Shown here piece by piece: positions 37,489 to 47,661 of a stretch of DNA of 64,000 nt (positions are counted from its first letter, which is position 1; every line of letters starts with the position of its first letter). A model generated the notes under the pieces. That model did not search any database. It saw only the letters and a program-made list of their open reading frames with translations, and was not told the DNA's origin. The position numbers and the translations under genes are program-made. Source of the DNA: Gemmatimonadales bacterium (GTDB taxonomy: Bacteria; Gemmatimonadota; Gemmatimonadetes; Gemmatimonadales; GWC2-71-9); the NCBI GenBank assembly GCA_965249575.1, contig OZ252244.1, positions 3,136,001 to 3,200,000 of the forward strand, read 5' to 3'.

Positions 37489-38901
37489 ATGAGTGAAACT
37501 CGTCTCGAGCGCGATCCCCTCGGGGAGTTGCCCGTACCGTCCTCGGCCCTCTACGGGGTCCAAACGGAGCGAGCCTGCCAGAACTTCCCGATCTCGGGCC
37601 TCAAGCCGACTCCCGCGTTCGTGGACGCGATGGTCCGGATCAAGAGGGCCGCTGCGCTCACCCACAAGACGACCGGCCGCCTCGACGGCTCCTTGGCAGA
37701 CGCCATCGTTCAGGCGGCCGACGAGATCCTCGCAGGGCAACACCGCGATCAGTTCGTGGTCGATCCGTACCAGGCGGGTGCCGGCACGAGTCACAACATG
37801 AACACCAACGAGGTCCTGGCCAATCGAGCCAACGAGATCCTCGGGGGCAAGCGGGGCGAGTACCGCCCGGTCCACCCGAACGACCACGTGAACATGGCTC
37901 AGAGCACGAATGACACCATACCGACGGCGATCCGATTGGCGGCGCTCTCCATGCTGCCAAGAGTCGCAGGGGCGCTGACGGCACTGGCGGCCGAGTTTCT
38001 GGCGAAAGGCCGCGCCTTCGACGCTATCGTCAAATCGGGGCGGACCCATCTGCAGGACGCGACGCCGATCCGGTTGGGGCAGGAGTTCACGGCTTTCGGG
38101 CGGACGGTCGAGCGCAATCGTGACCGTATTCATGCGGCCGCGGACTCGCTCAGGGAGCTTGGCATTGGCGGGACGGCGGTCGGCACCGGGCTGAATGCCG
38201 AGCCGGAGTATCCGGGCCTGATGGTGAAATTCCTGAGCGACGCGACAGGCGAACTCCTGCGCGTCGGAGCCGATCGGGTTCAGCTCATGCAGTCGATGGG
38301 CGACGTAGCCGCCTTCAGCGGCGCGCTCCGTGCCTACACGCTCGATCTGAACAAGATCGCGAGCGATCTGCGCTTGCTCTCCTCCGGTCCCCGCACCGGC
38401 CTCGCCGAGATTCTGCTCCCGGCGGTGCAACCCGGCTCGAGCATAATGCCCGGCAAGATCAATCCGAGCATCGCCGAAATGGTCAATCAGGTGTGCTTCC
38501 AGGCTCTGGGGAACGACACGACCGTCGCTATGGCCGCCGAGGCCGGGCAGCTGGAACTGAATGTCATGATGCCGGTGATCGCCCACAATCTGGTGTTCTC
38601 GATGGAGATACTCGCCAACGCGAGTCGGGTGTTAGCCGAGCGGTGTGTGGCGGGAATCGAGGCAGACGAGGCTCAATGCGCCCACTGGCTCGAGCGAAGC
38701 CCGGCGTTGGTAACGGCCCTGGCCCCCAAGATCGGGTATGCCGAGGCTGCCAAATTGGCAAAAGAGGCGGTCGAAAGGAACGTGACAGTGCGCCAACTCG
38801 TTGTAGATAAGGGGTTGCTGTCGGGGAGCGAGCTGGAGGAAACCCTTGATCTCCGTGCGATGACGGAGATCGGCGTGCCCGGGGAGCGGGGGAAAACTTG
38901 A
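37489..38901 (+). CDS. aspA: Aspartate ammonia-lyase (class II fumarase/aspartase superfamily)
   Basis: QAGAGTSHNMN (aspartase-like), HPNDHVN, GRTHLQDA, GSSIMPGKINP. Confidence 0.8.
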   Translation: MSETRLERDPLGELPVPSSALYGVQTERACQNFPISGLKPTPAFVDAMVRIKRAAALTHKTTGRLDGSLADAIVQAADEILAGQHRDQFVVDPYQAGAGTSHNMNTNEVLANRANEILGGKRGEYRPVHPNDHVNMAQSTNDTIPTAIRLAALSMLPRVAGALTALAAEFLAKGRAFDAIVKSGRTHLQDATPIRLGQEFTAFGRTVERNRDRIHAAADSLRELGIGGTAVGTGLNAEPEYPGLMVKFLSDATGELLRVGADRVQLMQSMGDVAAFSGALRAYTLDLNKIASDLRLLSSGPRTGLAEILLPAVQPGSSIMPGKINPSIAEMVNQVCFQALGNDTTVAMAAEAGQLELNVMMPVIAHNLVFSMEILANASRVLAERCVAGIEADEAQCAHWLERSPALVTALAPKIGYAEAAKLAKEAVERNVTVRQLVVDKGLLSGSELEETLDLRAMTEIGVPGERGKT

Positions 38902-38943
38902 TTTCCGACCCTGTTGTTCGGATATTCCGGGTGCGGAGGTGGC

Positions 38944-39393
38944 TTGCGGCTAACGACATGGGCTGAATACGGGCTGATCGTGACGCTTCATCTCGCGAAA
39001 CGGTCTGGTGGCCCATTCCCCGCACACGACATCGCGGAGGGGGAGGGTCTGCCCCCTGACTACGTGGAGCAGATTCTGCTCAAGCTTCGCCGCGCGGGCC
39101 TGGTGAGGAGCGTCCGCGGAGCAAAAGGCGAGTACCTGCTCGCGCGGGAGCCCGCGGACATTACCGTTCGCGACGTGGTCGCGGCGGCCGAAAACCACAC
39201 CTTCGAGGTCAACTGCGACGTGCATCCCGTGGCGCCTGACCGATGTAGTCCTTCCTCCGCGTGCAGCATCCGGCCGCTATGGCGGGCGCTTCAGCAGCGC
39301 ATTGATGAGCTGCTCGACAGTGTTTCGCTGGCTGATCTGCAGCGGGAGGAATCCGCGGTCGTCGAGTTGGTCTCCGTTTCTGCACGACAGTAG
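38944..39393 (+). CDS. Rrf2-family regulator with three Cys (IscR/CymR-like)
   Basis: YVEQILLKLRRAGLVRSVRGAKG-Y; C...C...C Fe-S ligands; GGAGG RBS before TTG. Confidence 0.92.
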   Translation: MRLTTWAEYGLIVTLHLAKRSGGPFPAHDIAEGEGLPPDYVEQILLKLRRAGLVRSVRGAKGEYLLAREPADITVRDVVAAAENHTFEVNCDVHPVAPDRCSPSSACSIRPLWRALQQRIDELLDSVSLADLQREESAVVELVSVSARQ

Positions 39394-39477
39394 TAGGGCC
39401 CTCCGCGACGCCGGACTCCTCTTTCGATCCCCAACACAACTCGAGTAGGGCATTGAGACGAGAGTAGGAGGACTGGG

Positions 39478-40467
39478 TTGTCCCATTCGCAGGTCATACG
39501 GCCGATTGACCAGAGTCCCGAGGGCCGCGGGACCGGGGAGGCAGGCTGGCTCGAGCCACCGCTGTGGTCACTGGTTGGCAACACGCCGCTCGTGCCGCTG
39601 GCGCCGTCGCAGCCTTTCGAGCCGGCGGCCACCCTGCTGCTCAAAGCCGAGTGGCTCAACCCGGGTGGGTCGGTCAAAGATCGAGCTGCACGGGAGATAC
39701 TGAGCGCCGGGTTGACCGAGGGGGCGCTTCCGGGGCGCAGGCTACTGGACGCCTCGAGTGGGAATACCGCGGTCGCCTACGCGATGCTCGGGGCCGCGGC
39801 GGGGGTTGGTGTGACGGTATGCGTGCCGGCCAACGCGTCGATCGAGCGGCGGAGTCTGTTGAAGGCGTACGGCGCCGAGGTCATTGAAACGGACCCGCTT
39901 GAAGGCAGTGACGGCGCGATTCAGCGGGCTCGAGCCCTCGCGGCGGAAGTGGGCGAGCAATACTGGTATGCCGATCAGTACGGCCACCCCGCCAACCCGG
40001 GAGCCCATTTGCGAACTACCGGACCCGAAATCTGGCGTGGCACCAGCGGTGCGGTCACGCACCTGGTGGCCGGCGTGGGTACGAGCGGTACGTTGATGGG
40101 TGCCGGGGCATACCTCAAGGAACGCCGTCGGGACATTCAACTCGTTGCTGTTGAGCCCGATGCCTCGCTGCATGGGCTCGAAGGTCTGAAGCGTATGGAC
40201 AGCGCCCTGGTGCCCTCGATCTACGACCCGAGCCGAATCGACCGAACGTGCTTCGTAGCAACCGACGAGGCCGAGGATCGGGTTCGCAGCTTGGCGCGGG
40301 AGCGAGGCATCTTCGTGGGGTGGTCAACTGGCGCTGCCGTCGTAGCGGCAGAGTCGATTGTACGGGAGTACGTGACCGAGGGGGGTGAGCCCCCAGTGAT
40401 CGTGATCATCGCGCCTGACGGGGGGCAGAGGTACTTGTCGGAGATCCGTCGCCTACTGAGCTCGTGA
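39478..40467 (+). CDS. PLP-dependent cysteine synthase family protein (CysM-like)
   Basis: GNTPL, NPGGSVKDR, SSGNT, GVGTSGT, PDGGQRYLS. Confidence 0.9.
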   Translation: MSHSQVIRPIDQSPEGRGTGEAGWLEPPLWSLVGNTPLVPLAPSQPFEPAATLLLKAEWLNPGGSVKDRAAREILSAGLTEGALPGRRLLDASSGNTAVAYAMLGAAAGVGVTVCVPANASIERRSLLKAYGAEVIETDPLEGSDGAIQRARALAAEVGEQYWYADQYGHPANPGAHLRTTGPEIWRGTSGAVTHLVAGVGTSGTLMGAGAYLKERRRDIQLVAVEPDASLHGLEGLKRMDSALVPSIYDPSRIDRTCFVATDEAEDRVRSLARERGIFVGWSTGAAVVAAESIVREYVTEGGEPPVIVIIAPDGGQRYLSEIRRLLSS

Positions 40468-40510
40468 CGCCTCTCGTCGTGACGTATACGTTGTGAAGGA
40501 GCGAGACATT

Positions 40511-41689
40511 ATGGGTGTAAGTACCAGAACTCCACCGACCGAGGCGGTGCTTCCGGAGCTGACGCACGAGGAACTGCTTCGATATTCCCGCCACCTCATT
40601 TTGCCCGAGGTTGGCCCGGAAGGGCAACGGAAGCTCAAGGCTGCCCGCATCCTCCTGGTGGGTGCGGGTGGATTGGGCTCACCCGCGTCCCTGTACCTAG
40701 CTGCCGCGGGAGTCGGAACGATAGGGTTGGTCGATTTCGACGTCGTTGATGCGACGAATCTCCAACGTCAGATCGTCCATGGGACGGGCACGGTAGGCAC
40801 TCCAAAACTCCAGTCGGCGACGGACAGGCTTCGCGATCTCAATCCGAACGTCCACGTCGAAGGGTTCGAGACGAGGCTCACGTCCGAGAACGCGCTAGAG
40901 ATTTGCCGTGATTTCGACATGGTGCTGGATGGGACGGACAACTTCCCGACTCGCTATCTGGTCAACGATACGTGCGTCTTGCTCGGGAAGCCAAACGTCT
41001 ACGGCTCGATTTTCCGCTTCGAGGGGCAGGCGTCGGTGTTTTACGCCGAGGCGGGACCCTGCTACCGCTGCCTCTACCGGGAGCCGCCCCCGCCGGGACT
41101 CGTGCCGTCCTGCGCCGAGGGGGGGGTATTGGGAGTCTTGCCGGGGATCATCGGAAGCATCCAGGCGATGGAGGCCATTAAAGTCGCGCTTGGCCGTGGG
41201 GAGACCCTGATTGGGCGACTGCTGCTGTTCGACGCGCTGAAGCTGCGCTTCAGGGAGCTGAAACTGAAAAAGGATCCCGACTGCCCGATCTGCGGTACCA
41301 ATCCGAGCGTGACCGAGCTCATCGACTACGAGGCGTTCTGCGGCATCGGGTCGGAGCCCCCTCCCCAGTCGGGAGACGAGGTCGATCCCGAGACGCTGGC
41401 TGACGAGATCGGCGGCAAGGAAGACCTGGTGGTAGTCGACGTTCGGGAATCCTACGAGTCGGAGATTTGCAGCATCGAGGGCTCGGTGCTCATACCGCTT
41501 GGCTCGCTTCCCGGCCGCCTCGCCGAGCTGGACGGGCACGCAGAGATCGTGACGTACTGCCACCACGGGATGCGCTCGATGCAGGCGCTACAAATACTGC
41601 GCGCAGCTGGATTCCCAAACGTCCGGAGCCTGAGAGGCGGGATCGACGCCTGGGCTGACGATGTCGACACGGATATGGCGAAGTACTGA
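40511..41689 (+). CDS. moeB: ThiF/MoeB adenylyltransferase with C-terminal rhodanese (MoeZ)
   Basis: RYSRH, GAGGLG, NLQRQ, CYRC, CAEGG, CPIC, CHHGMRS rhodanese. Confidence 0.93.
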   Translation: MGVSTRTPPTEAVLPELTHEELLRYSRHLILPEVGPEGQRKLKAARILLVGAGGLGSPASLYLAAAGVGTIGLVDFDVVDATNLQRQIVHGTGTVGTPKLQSATDRLRDLNPNVHVEGFETRLTSENALEICRDFDMVLDGTDNFPTRYLVNDTCVLLGKPNVYGSIFRFEGQASVFYAEAGPCYRCLYREPPPPGLVPSCAEGGVLGVLPGIIGSIQAMEAIKVALGRGETLIGRLLLFDALKLRFRELKLKKDPDCPICGTNPSVTELIDYEAFCGIGSEPPPQSGDEVDPETLADEIGGKEDLVVVDVRESYESEICSIEGSVLIPLGSLPGRLAELDGHAEIVTYCHHGMRSMQALQILRAAGFPNVRSLRGGIDAWADDVDTDMAKY

Positions 41690-41710
41690 TCTGGATCTCC
41701 CAGCTGCTGA

Positions 41711-41741
41711 CGGGCGGCCGGTGCCCAGCACCGGCCGCCCG
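41711..41741. terminator. 14-bp GC hairpin between convergent moeZ and tRNA-Leu
   Basis: CGGGCGGCCGGTGC-CCA-GCACCGGCCGCCCG. Confidence 0.65.
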
Positions 41742-41777
41742 CGTGCTTTCCGTATGTGAGGACTACTCTCCCGCGCG

Positions 41778-41862
<85 letters not shown>

Positions 41863-41885
41863 GGGAACCTTCCAAAGAGGAGCCG

Positions 41886-41915
41886 AATATAGACAGCAGT
41901 TTCACGGAGAGTCAA
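41886..41915 (-). promoter_or_regulatory. sigma70-type promoter for tRNA-Leu
   Basis: TTGACT-18 bp-TATATT on the minus strand. Confidence 0.6.
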
Positions 41916-41923
41916 CCCTCCGC

Positions 41924-41952
41924 TTGACCACACGGAAGCGCTTCTCTATCTT
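41924..41952 (+). promoter_or_regulatory. sigma70-type promoter for the smpB operon
   Basis: TTGACC-17 bp-TATCTT. Confidence 0.6.
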
Positions 41953-41963
41953 GGAGTTAGCCC

Positions 41964-42443
41964 GTGTCACCGCGCCCCGTTTCGGCCCCTGAGGCCGGCG
42001 TGATTGTGGCCCGAAACCCCAAGGCCCGCCACGACTACCACATTCTCGACAAGTGGGAGGCGGGCCTTGCGCTCACCGGGTCCGAGATCAAATCGGTCCG
42101 GGCGGGTAAGGTCAGCCTGAAACAGGCGTTCGGCGTGGTTCGGGGTGGGGAGGTTTGGATAGAAGCAATGCACGTGTCGCCGTACGAGTCCGGGGGATAT
42201 GCCAATCACGATCCGATCCGTCGTCGAAAGCTCCTGCTTCACCGACGCGAGATCCGCCGTCTGATCGGCGCGGTCCAACAGAAGGGGCTGACGCTGGTCC
42301 CATTGGATCTGCATTTCACCCGGGGTCGGGCGAAGCTCACCATCGCTCTCGGGCGAGGCAAAAAGACCCACGACAAACGGCAGGACCTGAAGCAACGGGA
42401 TGCCGAACGGGAGCTGGCTCGCACCGTGGGCCGAAGGCGATGA
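41964..42443 (+). CDS. smpB: SsrA-binding protein
   Basis: NPKARHDY, EAGLALTGSEIKS, RKLLLHRREI, GKKTHDKR. Confidence 0.96.
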   Translation: MSPRPVSAPEAGVIVARNPKARHDYHILDKWEAGLALTGSEIKSVRAGKVSLKQAFGVVRGGEVWIEAMHVSPYESGGYANHDPIRRRKLLLHRREIRRLIGAVQQKGLTLVPLDLHFTRGRAKLTIALGRGKKTHDKRQDLKQRDAERELARTVGRRR

Positions 42444-43669
42444 TATCGCTGTTGCTCGCCGCGATGACGTGTCCCGTGCTGCCCTGCTCGAGCACGGGTG
42501 CGCCGGCGCACATCACCGTAGCGACGGCTCGAGGAGAATTCGTCATCCCCGTCTCGGTCGAGCGCGGCCATCCGGTGCTGCCGGCCAGCCGGTTGCAGAC
42601 CAGCCTCCCGATGGTGTCCGACGTCTCAGAGGGGTGGGCAGCCGTACTCCTCGCCGAGCAGCCGTTTCGCTTCCTGCTTGGCGCGCCGGCGTTCACGTAC
42701 CGGGGTCGGCTGATTCCTTTGGCCGGCGGTGCCTACGTCCTGCGGGACACGTTGTTTCTCCCCCTGCAGTGGCTCACTGGGCACGTGCCGCGGATCTTTC
42801 AAGAGGCATATCGCTACGATCCCTACGCCGCACGATTCGAGGAGGCGTCGTTCGCGCCGGTCGTGACCCGAGTCTCGTCACGAGCGATTCGCACAGCGCC
42901 ACCGGCGCCCGCCGCATCCGTTTTGCCGCCAAGCGGCGCGTTGCGTCGCGCGCACACGGTCGTAGTTGATCCGGGTCACGGGGGGGCGGACCCGGGGAAC
43001 CCCGGACTGCACTTTCCCCGTGGTGTGAAAGAAAAGCACGTGACGCTAGCGCTGGCCAAACTCCTCCGCACGGAGCTCCGACGACGCGGTGTCGAGGTCA
43101 TCATGACGCGGACGACCGACTCATTGGTCGATCTGCACGACCGGGGGAGCCTGTGCCGCGAGAGCTGCGATCTCTTCGCGAGCATTCACGTGAACAGTTT
43201 GGGCCGACATGTGAGGCGCTACCAGCAGGTCGGTGGTTTTGAGACCTATTTCCTCTCGGAAGCACGTACGGCCGAAGCACGCCGGGTAGCGGCGATGGAG
43301 AACGAGGCCCTGCGGTACGAGACGACATTTGGGCCGGCTGTCGACGATCCGCTCGGCTTCATCCTCAAGGATCTTCAGACGAACGAATACCTGCGCGAAT
43401 CCGCATTGCTGGCCGACCTCATTCAGCGTCACGGAGCCCGGGCACATCCCGGAAAAGACCGGGGTGTTTCCCAAGCCGGGTTCATGGTCTTGACCACGGC
43501 CCGGCGACCGGCCGTGCTCGTAGAAACCGGATTCAGCACGAACAGGCGGGATGCGCGATTCCTCGCCGGGCGGATGGGGCAATCCAAGCTGGCGTCCGCC
43601 ATCGCCGACGGCATTGTCGCTTACCTGCGCGAGTACGAGAGCAAGGTGGCCGCGGGCATCTCCCCGTGA
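42440..43669 (+). CDS. N-acetylmuramoyl-L-alanine amidase (Amidase_3, AmiC-like)
   Basis: VVDPGHGG, EK, SIHVN, AAMEN, PAVLVETGF. Confidence 0.92.
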   Translation: MISLLLAAMTCPVLPCSSTGAPAHITVATARGEFVIPVSVERGHPVLPASRLQTSLPMVSDVSEGWAAVLLAEQPFRFLLGAPAFTYRGRLIPLAGGAYVLRDTLFLPLQWLTGHVPRIFQEAYRYDPYAARFEEASFAPVVTRVSSRAIRTAPPAPAASVLPPSGALRRAHTVVVDPGHGGADPGNPGLHFPRGVKEKHVTLALAKLLRTELRRRGVEVIMTRTTDSLVDLHDRGSLCRESCDLFASIHVNSLGRHVRRYQQVGGFETYFLSEARTAEARRVAAMENEALRYETTFGPAVDDPLGFILKDLQTNEYLRESALLADLIQRHGARAHPGKDRGVSQAGFMVLTTARRPAVLVETGFSTNRRDARFLAGRMGQSKLASAIADGIVAYLREYESKVAAGISP

Positions 43670-45084
43670 CGCATACCATGTGGGGTCGATTCGGCCTCAT
43701 GCTCGCTTGCAGCTCCCCGTCTTGCGCGTATTACAATGCACTTTACAACGCTAACCAGCTTGCTGAGCGGGCGCGGGCGGCGCAGGAGCAGGGCAGTCCT
43801 GCCGAGGCTCGATCACTCTGGGAGCAGGTGGCCATCAAGGCCGAGTCGGTCACGATTCGCCACCCGGGCAGCAAGTATTTCGACGATGCGCTCTTGCTCC
43901 AGGGGATCGCACTCAGTCAGCTCGAGCGGTGTCGCGAAGCCATCGCGCCGCTCTCCGGTGCCGAGTCGTCATCTCCCGATCCACTCCTCGTGAATCGCGC
44001 CCGATACCTTCTCGGACGGTGCTATGTGGCCACGGATGAGCCGGCCATGGCCATGGAGGTCTTGGACTCGTTGCTCGAGAACGTGGGCAGCGGCGAGGGC
44101 AGTCGGCCTGCGTTGCTCTGGCGCGGGCGTGCCGCCCTTGCCATGAGTCGGTACGGCGAGGCGACCGAAGATCTGGCACGGTCCGGTGATCCCCAGGCGC
44201 GACTTGGACTCGCGTTCGGACTGGCTCATCTGCGTCGGTGGGACGAGCTCGACAGCCTGTTGGGAGCGGTCCTGCGGCGGGGGTACGACGAGCCGGCGTG
44301 GCTCGGGGCCCTCGACGGACTTGGTAGCGGGAACTCCGAGGCGGCGCGCGCATTGGTGAACCGATTGGACGTGCGGTCAGAGCTCACCGAGCTCGAACGA
44401 GCGAGGCTCCTCATCGCCGACGGCAACCGCCTGGAGGCGGCGGGCCGGTCCAGCGAGGGGGCGGAGCGTTTCCGTTCCGTCGCAAGCCGTTTGCCGGACG
44501 CGACTCTTGGACGGCTGGCTAGGGTGCGCCTGATTCTCAACCGACTTCGCTTTGATGGTGCCCCCGCATCAGTGCCCGCGGTCCTCCGCGAGCTGGAAGC
44601 ATCCTCCCGGGGCGGTCCCGCGGCTGAACTGGCAGCGCCCGCGATCTCCATACTGCGCCGGATAGTCACCCATGTGCGTGGCAGACCCGGGTCTGACGCG
44701 GAGCTGTTTCTCCTTGGCGAACTGGCCCGCGACTCGCTCTTGGCGCCACTGCTCGCCGGGTCGCTCTTCCGGAGAGTGCAGTTCGAGCATCCGGAATCCG
44801 CGATTGCGCCGAAGGCGTTGCTGGCCGCGGCCTGGGCGGAGCCGGGTGCGAGGGCCGATCTCATCGAGCGGCTGCGCTCTGACTATCCGAAGTCCCCCTA
44901 TGCGCGGGCACTGAGCGGGGAAGACCCCGCCGGGTTCTCGGCCGCCGAGGCGTCCCTGCATCGCGAGGCGGCCCAGCCCATTGGCGCCGAGCGCACGACG
45001 CGCCTGGGGCCCGACCCGGCCCGTCCGCCACCGGGGTTGCGCCCGTCGCGCACCCGGCCCCGGGTCCCTGGTCCTGAGCCATGA
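43666..45084 (+). CDS. TPR-repeat protein, possible lipoprotein
   Basis: CAYYNALYNA N-terminus and helical TPR-like repeats. Confidence 0.75.
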   Translation: MTHTMWGRFGLMLACSSPSCAYYNALYNANQLAERARAAQEQGSPAEARSLWEQVAIKAESVTIRHPGSKYFDDALLLQGIALSQLERCREAIAPLSGAESSSPDPLLVNRARYLLGRCYVATDEPAMAMEVLDSLLENVGSGEGSRPALLWRGRAALAMSRYGEATEDLARSGDPQARLGLAFGLAHLRRWDELDSLLGAVLRRGYDEPAWLGALDGLGSGNSEAARALVNRLDVRSELTELERARLLIADGNRLEAAGRSSEGAERFRSVASRLPDATLGRLARVRLILNRLRFDGAPASVPAVLRELEASSRGGPAAELAAPAISILRRIVTHVRGRPGSDAELFLLGELARDSLLAPLLAGSLFRRVQFEHPESAIAPKALLAAAWAEPGARADLIERLRSDYPKSPYARALSGEDPAGFSAAEASLHREAAQPIGAERTTRLGPDPARPPPGLRPSRTRPRVPGPEP

Positions 45085-45971
45085 GCCGGAACGGCGGTGT
45101 GATCGACGCGTTCGGTGTGGCGTTTCACAATCCGATCTTACTGGCCGCTGGTACCGCTGGATTCGGACATGAAGTAGCCGGCGTTATGCAGCTCGGCCAA
45201 CTTGGCGGGCTCATCACCAAGTCGGTCAGTCCGGAGCCCAGGCCTGGCCACCCGTCACCGCGCGTTGCGGAGTTCGATGGCGGGATGCTGAACGCGGTGG
45301 GACTCGCCAACCCCGGTGTCGACCGGGTCGCCACGACGGATCTCCCGTGGCTAGAGCGCCACTTCCCCCGCCTGCCGGTCATCGTAAATGTCGTCGGATC
45401 GGTTCCAGAGGACTACGTCGCGGTCATTCGCCGCCTCGAGGGTGTCGCTGGCGTCACCGCATTCGAGCTCAACGTGTCCTGCCCCAACACCGCCCGCGGC
45501 GGGGAGGAATTCGGTGCAAACCCAGAGGTGCTGGCCGGGTTGGTATCGCTGTGCCGCTCGAGTACGTCGAGGCCCCTAATCGTGAAGCTCGCCCCGACCT
45601 TGCCGGACATCGCTGGCACGGCGGGGGCCGCGATCGAGGCGGGGGCAGATGGCCTCTCGCTCATCAACACCATTCCCGGCACGCTCTATCGGTCGCTGGT
45701 GGACAACGGCCCCGAGGCAGCAGTCCCCCGACTCGGTTACGGCCATGGTGGAGTGTCCGGCCCCGGGCTCCTACCGATCGGCGTGCTGGCGACGCGCCGG
45801 GTTCGAGCGCGCACCGACCTGCCGATCATCGGTGTCGGGGGCGTCCGCCGCATCGAGGACGTGCTGCAGTATCGGAACGCGGGGGCAACGTTGGTGGCTG
45901 TGGGCACTGCGGCGTTGGCGGATCCACGCTTGCCCGAGCGGTTAGCGGCTGAATGGGGTACGAATGGCTGA
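45081..45971 (+). CDS. pyrD: Dihydroorotate dehydrogenase, class 1
   Basis: AAGTAG, TKS, NAVGLANPG, ELNVSCPN, VKLAP, INT. Confidence 0.94.
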   Translation: MSRNGGVIDAFGVAFHNPILLAAGTAGFGHEVAGVMQLGQLGGLITKSVSPEPRPGHPSPRVAEFDGGMLNAVGLANPGVDRVATTDLPWLERHFPRLPVIVNVVGSVPEDYVAVIRRLEGVAGVTAFELNVSCPNTARGGEEFGANPEVLAGLVSLCRSSTSRPLIVKLAPTLPDIAGTAGAAIEAGADGLSLINTIPGTLYRSLVDNGPEAAVPRLGYGHGGVSGPGLLPIGVLATRRVRARTDLPIIGVGGVRRIEDVLQYRNAGATLVAVGTAALADPRLPERLAAEWGTNG

Positions 45972-46644
45972 GATCGTCGTCGCTCTCGACGTGGCGCCAG
46001 TCGAGAAGGCGCTACGACTCGTGGAGTCCTTGCCATCGCTCTCATGGGTCAAGATCGGGCCCATGCTGTTCGTGCGGGACGGGCCGCGCGTGATGGCCGA
46101 ACTCAAGGCGCGGGGGGTCAAGATTTTTCTCGACCTCAAATGGCACGACATTCCCCACGCCGTCGCGGGAGCAGCGGAGGCGGCAGCAGCGGCGGGCGTG
46201 GATCTCGCCACGGTGCATGCGCTCGGGGGCTCCGAGATGATGCGCGCGGCCGTCGACGTCGCCGGCGCCATGCGGCTCGTAGCAGTCACGGTGTTGACGT
46301 CGCATACGGACGAGACCTATCGAAGCACGGTTGGCCGCTCCGACGGGGTTGGCGTGCGTGACGAGGTCATTCGACTGACACAGCTCGCGCTCTCGAGCGG
46401 CGTCGGGGGGGTCGTCGCGTCTCCGCTAGAGATCGAGAGCATTCGGGGTCTGGTGAGTCCGAAAGAGTGGATCGTGGTGCCCGGAATCCGGTCCCTGGGA
46501 GCGGATCCAGGAGATCAGCGCCGGACCGCGAGCGCCCGAGATGCCGCTCGCGCGGGCGCTACTCACCTAGTGGTCGGTCGCCCCATTACCAGGGCTCCCG
46601 ATCCCGCGGCCGCATACGCGGCCATGCTGGAGGCGGCGTGCTGA
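45964..46644 (+). CDS. pyrF: Orotidine-5'-phosphate decarboxylase
   Basis: VALD, FLDLKWHDIP, VTVLTS, PGIR, DQRR, VVGRPI. Confidence 0.96.
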   Translation: MAEIVVALDVAPVEKALRLVESLPSLSWVKIGPMLFVRDGPRVMAELKARGVKIFLDLKWHDIPHAVAGAAEAAAAAGVDLATVHALGGSEMMRAAVDVAGAMRLVAVTVLTSHTDETYRSTVGRSDGVGVRDEVIRLTQLALSSGVGGVVASPLEIESIRGLVSPKEWIVVPGIRSLGADPGDQRRTASARDAARAGATHLVVGRPITRAPDPAAAYAAMLEAAC

Positions 46645-47081
46645 TTTGGCGCGCCGGCCTCCCCAGCCCCCTCGTTTTCTTGGTTGCGACCGCCGTCATG
46701 CCTCCCCAGCTGGCTGCCCAGGCGAGCCTAGATGACGCCGCCGGGTCGATACGGGCGGCGTGGGTGGGGGGGGACATGCGTGGGGTTGCGGTGGGGAGCC
46801 GCGCCGTGCGTCTCGAGATCCCCCTGGAGGGCGCGGGAGGTGGGGGCACGCTCACCTCGATCCAAGCGGCCAAGCTCCTCGCCGAATATGTGGCGCCGGC
46901 CAGCGAGGTCGCGTTCGAGCTTCGTCAGGTTCGGAGCGTCGGGGAAGACCGTGGATACGTCGAAGGGGTTCGCGTCTTTGTCGTTCGTGGGACAGACCAA
47001 GAGCTCCGGGAAGTGGTCTTTTTCGGCCTCGAATTGTACGAGGGAACATGGCGGGTGGTGGAGGTGCGTATCGCCTCGTAG
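46638..47081 (+). CDS. Hypothetical secreted protein (NTF2-like fold possible)
   Basis: Signal-peptide-like N-terminus ending AAQA; overlaps the pyrF stop. Confidence 0.6.
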   Translation: MLIWRAGLPSPLVFLVATAVMPPQLAAQASLDDAAGSIRAAWVGGDMRGVAVGSRAVRLEIPLEGAGGGGTLTSIQAAKLLAEYVAPASEVAFELRQVRSVGEDRGYVEGVRVFVVRGTDQELREVVFFGLELYEGTWRVVEVRIAS

Positions 47082-47162
47082 CACAGTCAGTTGCGTCACC
47101 TCATACCGACGTCTATATTTTAAGTCTGTGTCAAAAAACCAACTTTCTAGGGTGGTTGTCTC

Positions 47163-47279
47163 TTGAAGGTCCGTTCAAGTGTGAAGCCCATTTGCGAGCA
47201 TTGCAAGGTCATTCGACGGGGTGGCGTGACGCGCATTATCTGCAAGCGCAATCCCAAGCACAAGCAAAGGCAGGGTTAG
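47163..47279 (+). CDS. rpmJ: 50S ribosomal protein L36 (not in the ORF track)
   Basis: TTG start; [38 protein letters not shown]. Confidence 0.96.
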   Translation: MKVRSSVKPICEHCKVIRRGGVTRIICKRNPKHKQRQG

Positions 47280-47660
47280 GTGGCGCGCATCGCAGGGGTG
47301 GATCTTCCGAGGGAAAAGCGCGTTCAAGTCGCACTGACATACATCTTTGGCGTTGGGAACTCTACGGCCAAGCGGATTCTCGATCAGACCGCCGTGGCGC
47401 CCGACACCCGCGTGCGCGAGCTTTCGGACGCGGAGGTCGCGCGACTTCGACAGGTGATCGAGCGCGAGGTAAAAGTCGAGGGGGCGTTGCGAACCGAAGT
47501 CGCGATGAACATCAAGCGGCTCATGGACATCGGATCGTACCGTGGGACTCGCCACCGGCGCGGGCTGCCGGTTCGGGGGCAGCGCACCCACACCAACGCG
47601 CGGACCAAAAAGGGGCCGCGCCGGGCCATCGCGGGCAAGAAAAAGGTGGCGAAGAAATAG
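47280..47660 (+). CDS. rpsM: 30S ribosomal protein S13
   Basis: [35 protein letters not shown]. Confidence 0.98.
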   Translation: MARIAGVDLPREKRVQVALTYIFGVGNSTAKRILDQTAVAPDTRVRELSDAEVARLRQVIEREVKVEGALRTEVAMNIKRLMDIGSYRGTRHRRGLPVRGQRTHTNARTKKGPRRAIAGKKKVAKK

Positions 47661-47661
47661 C

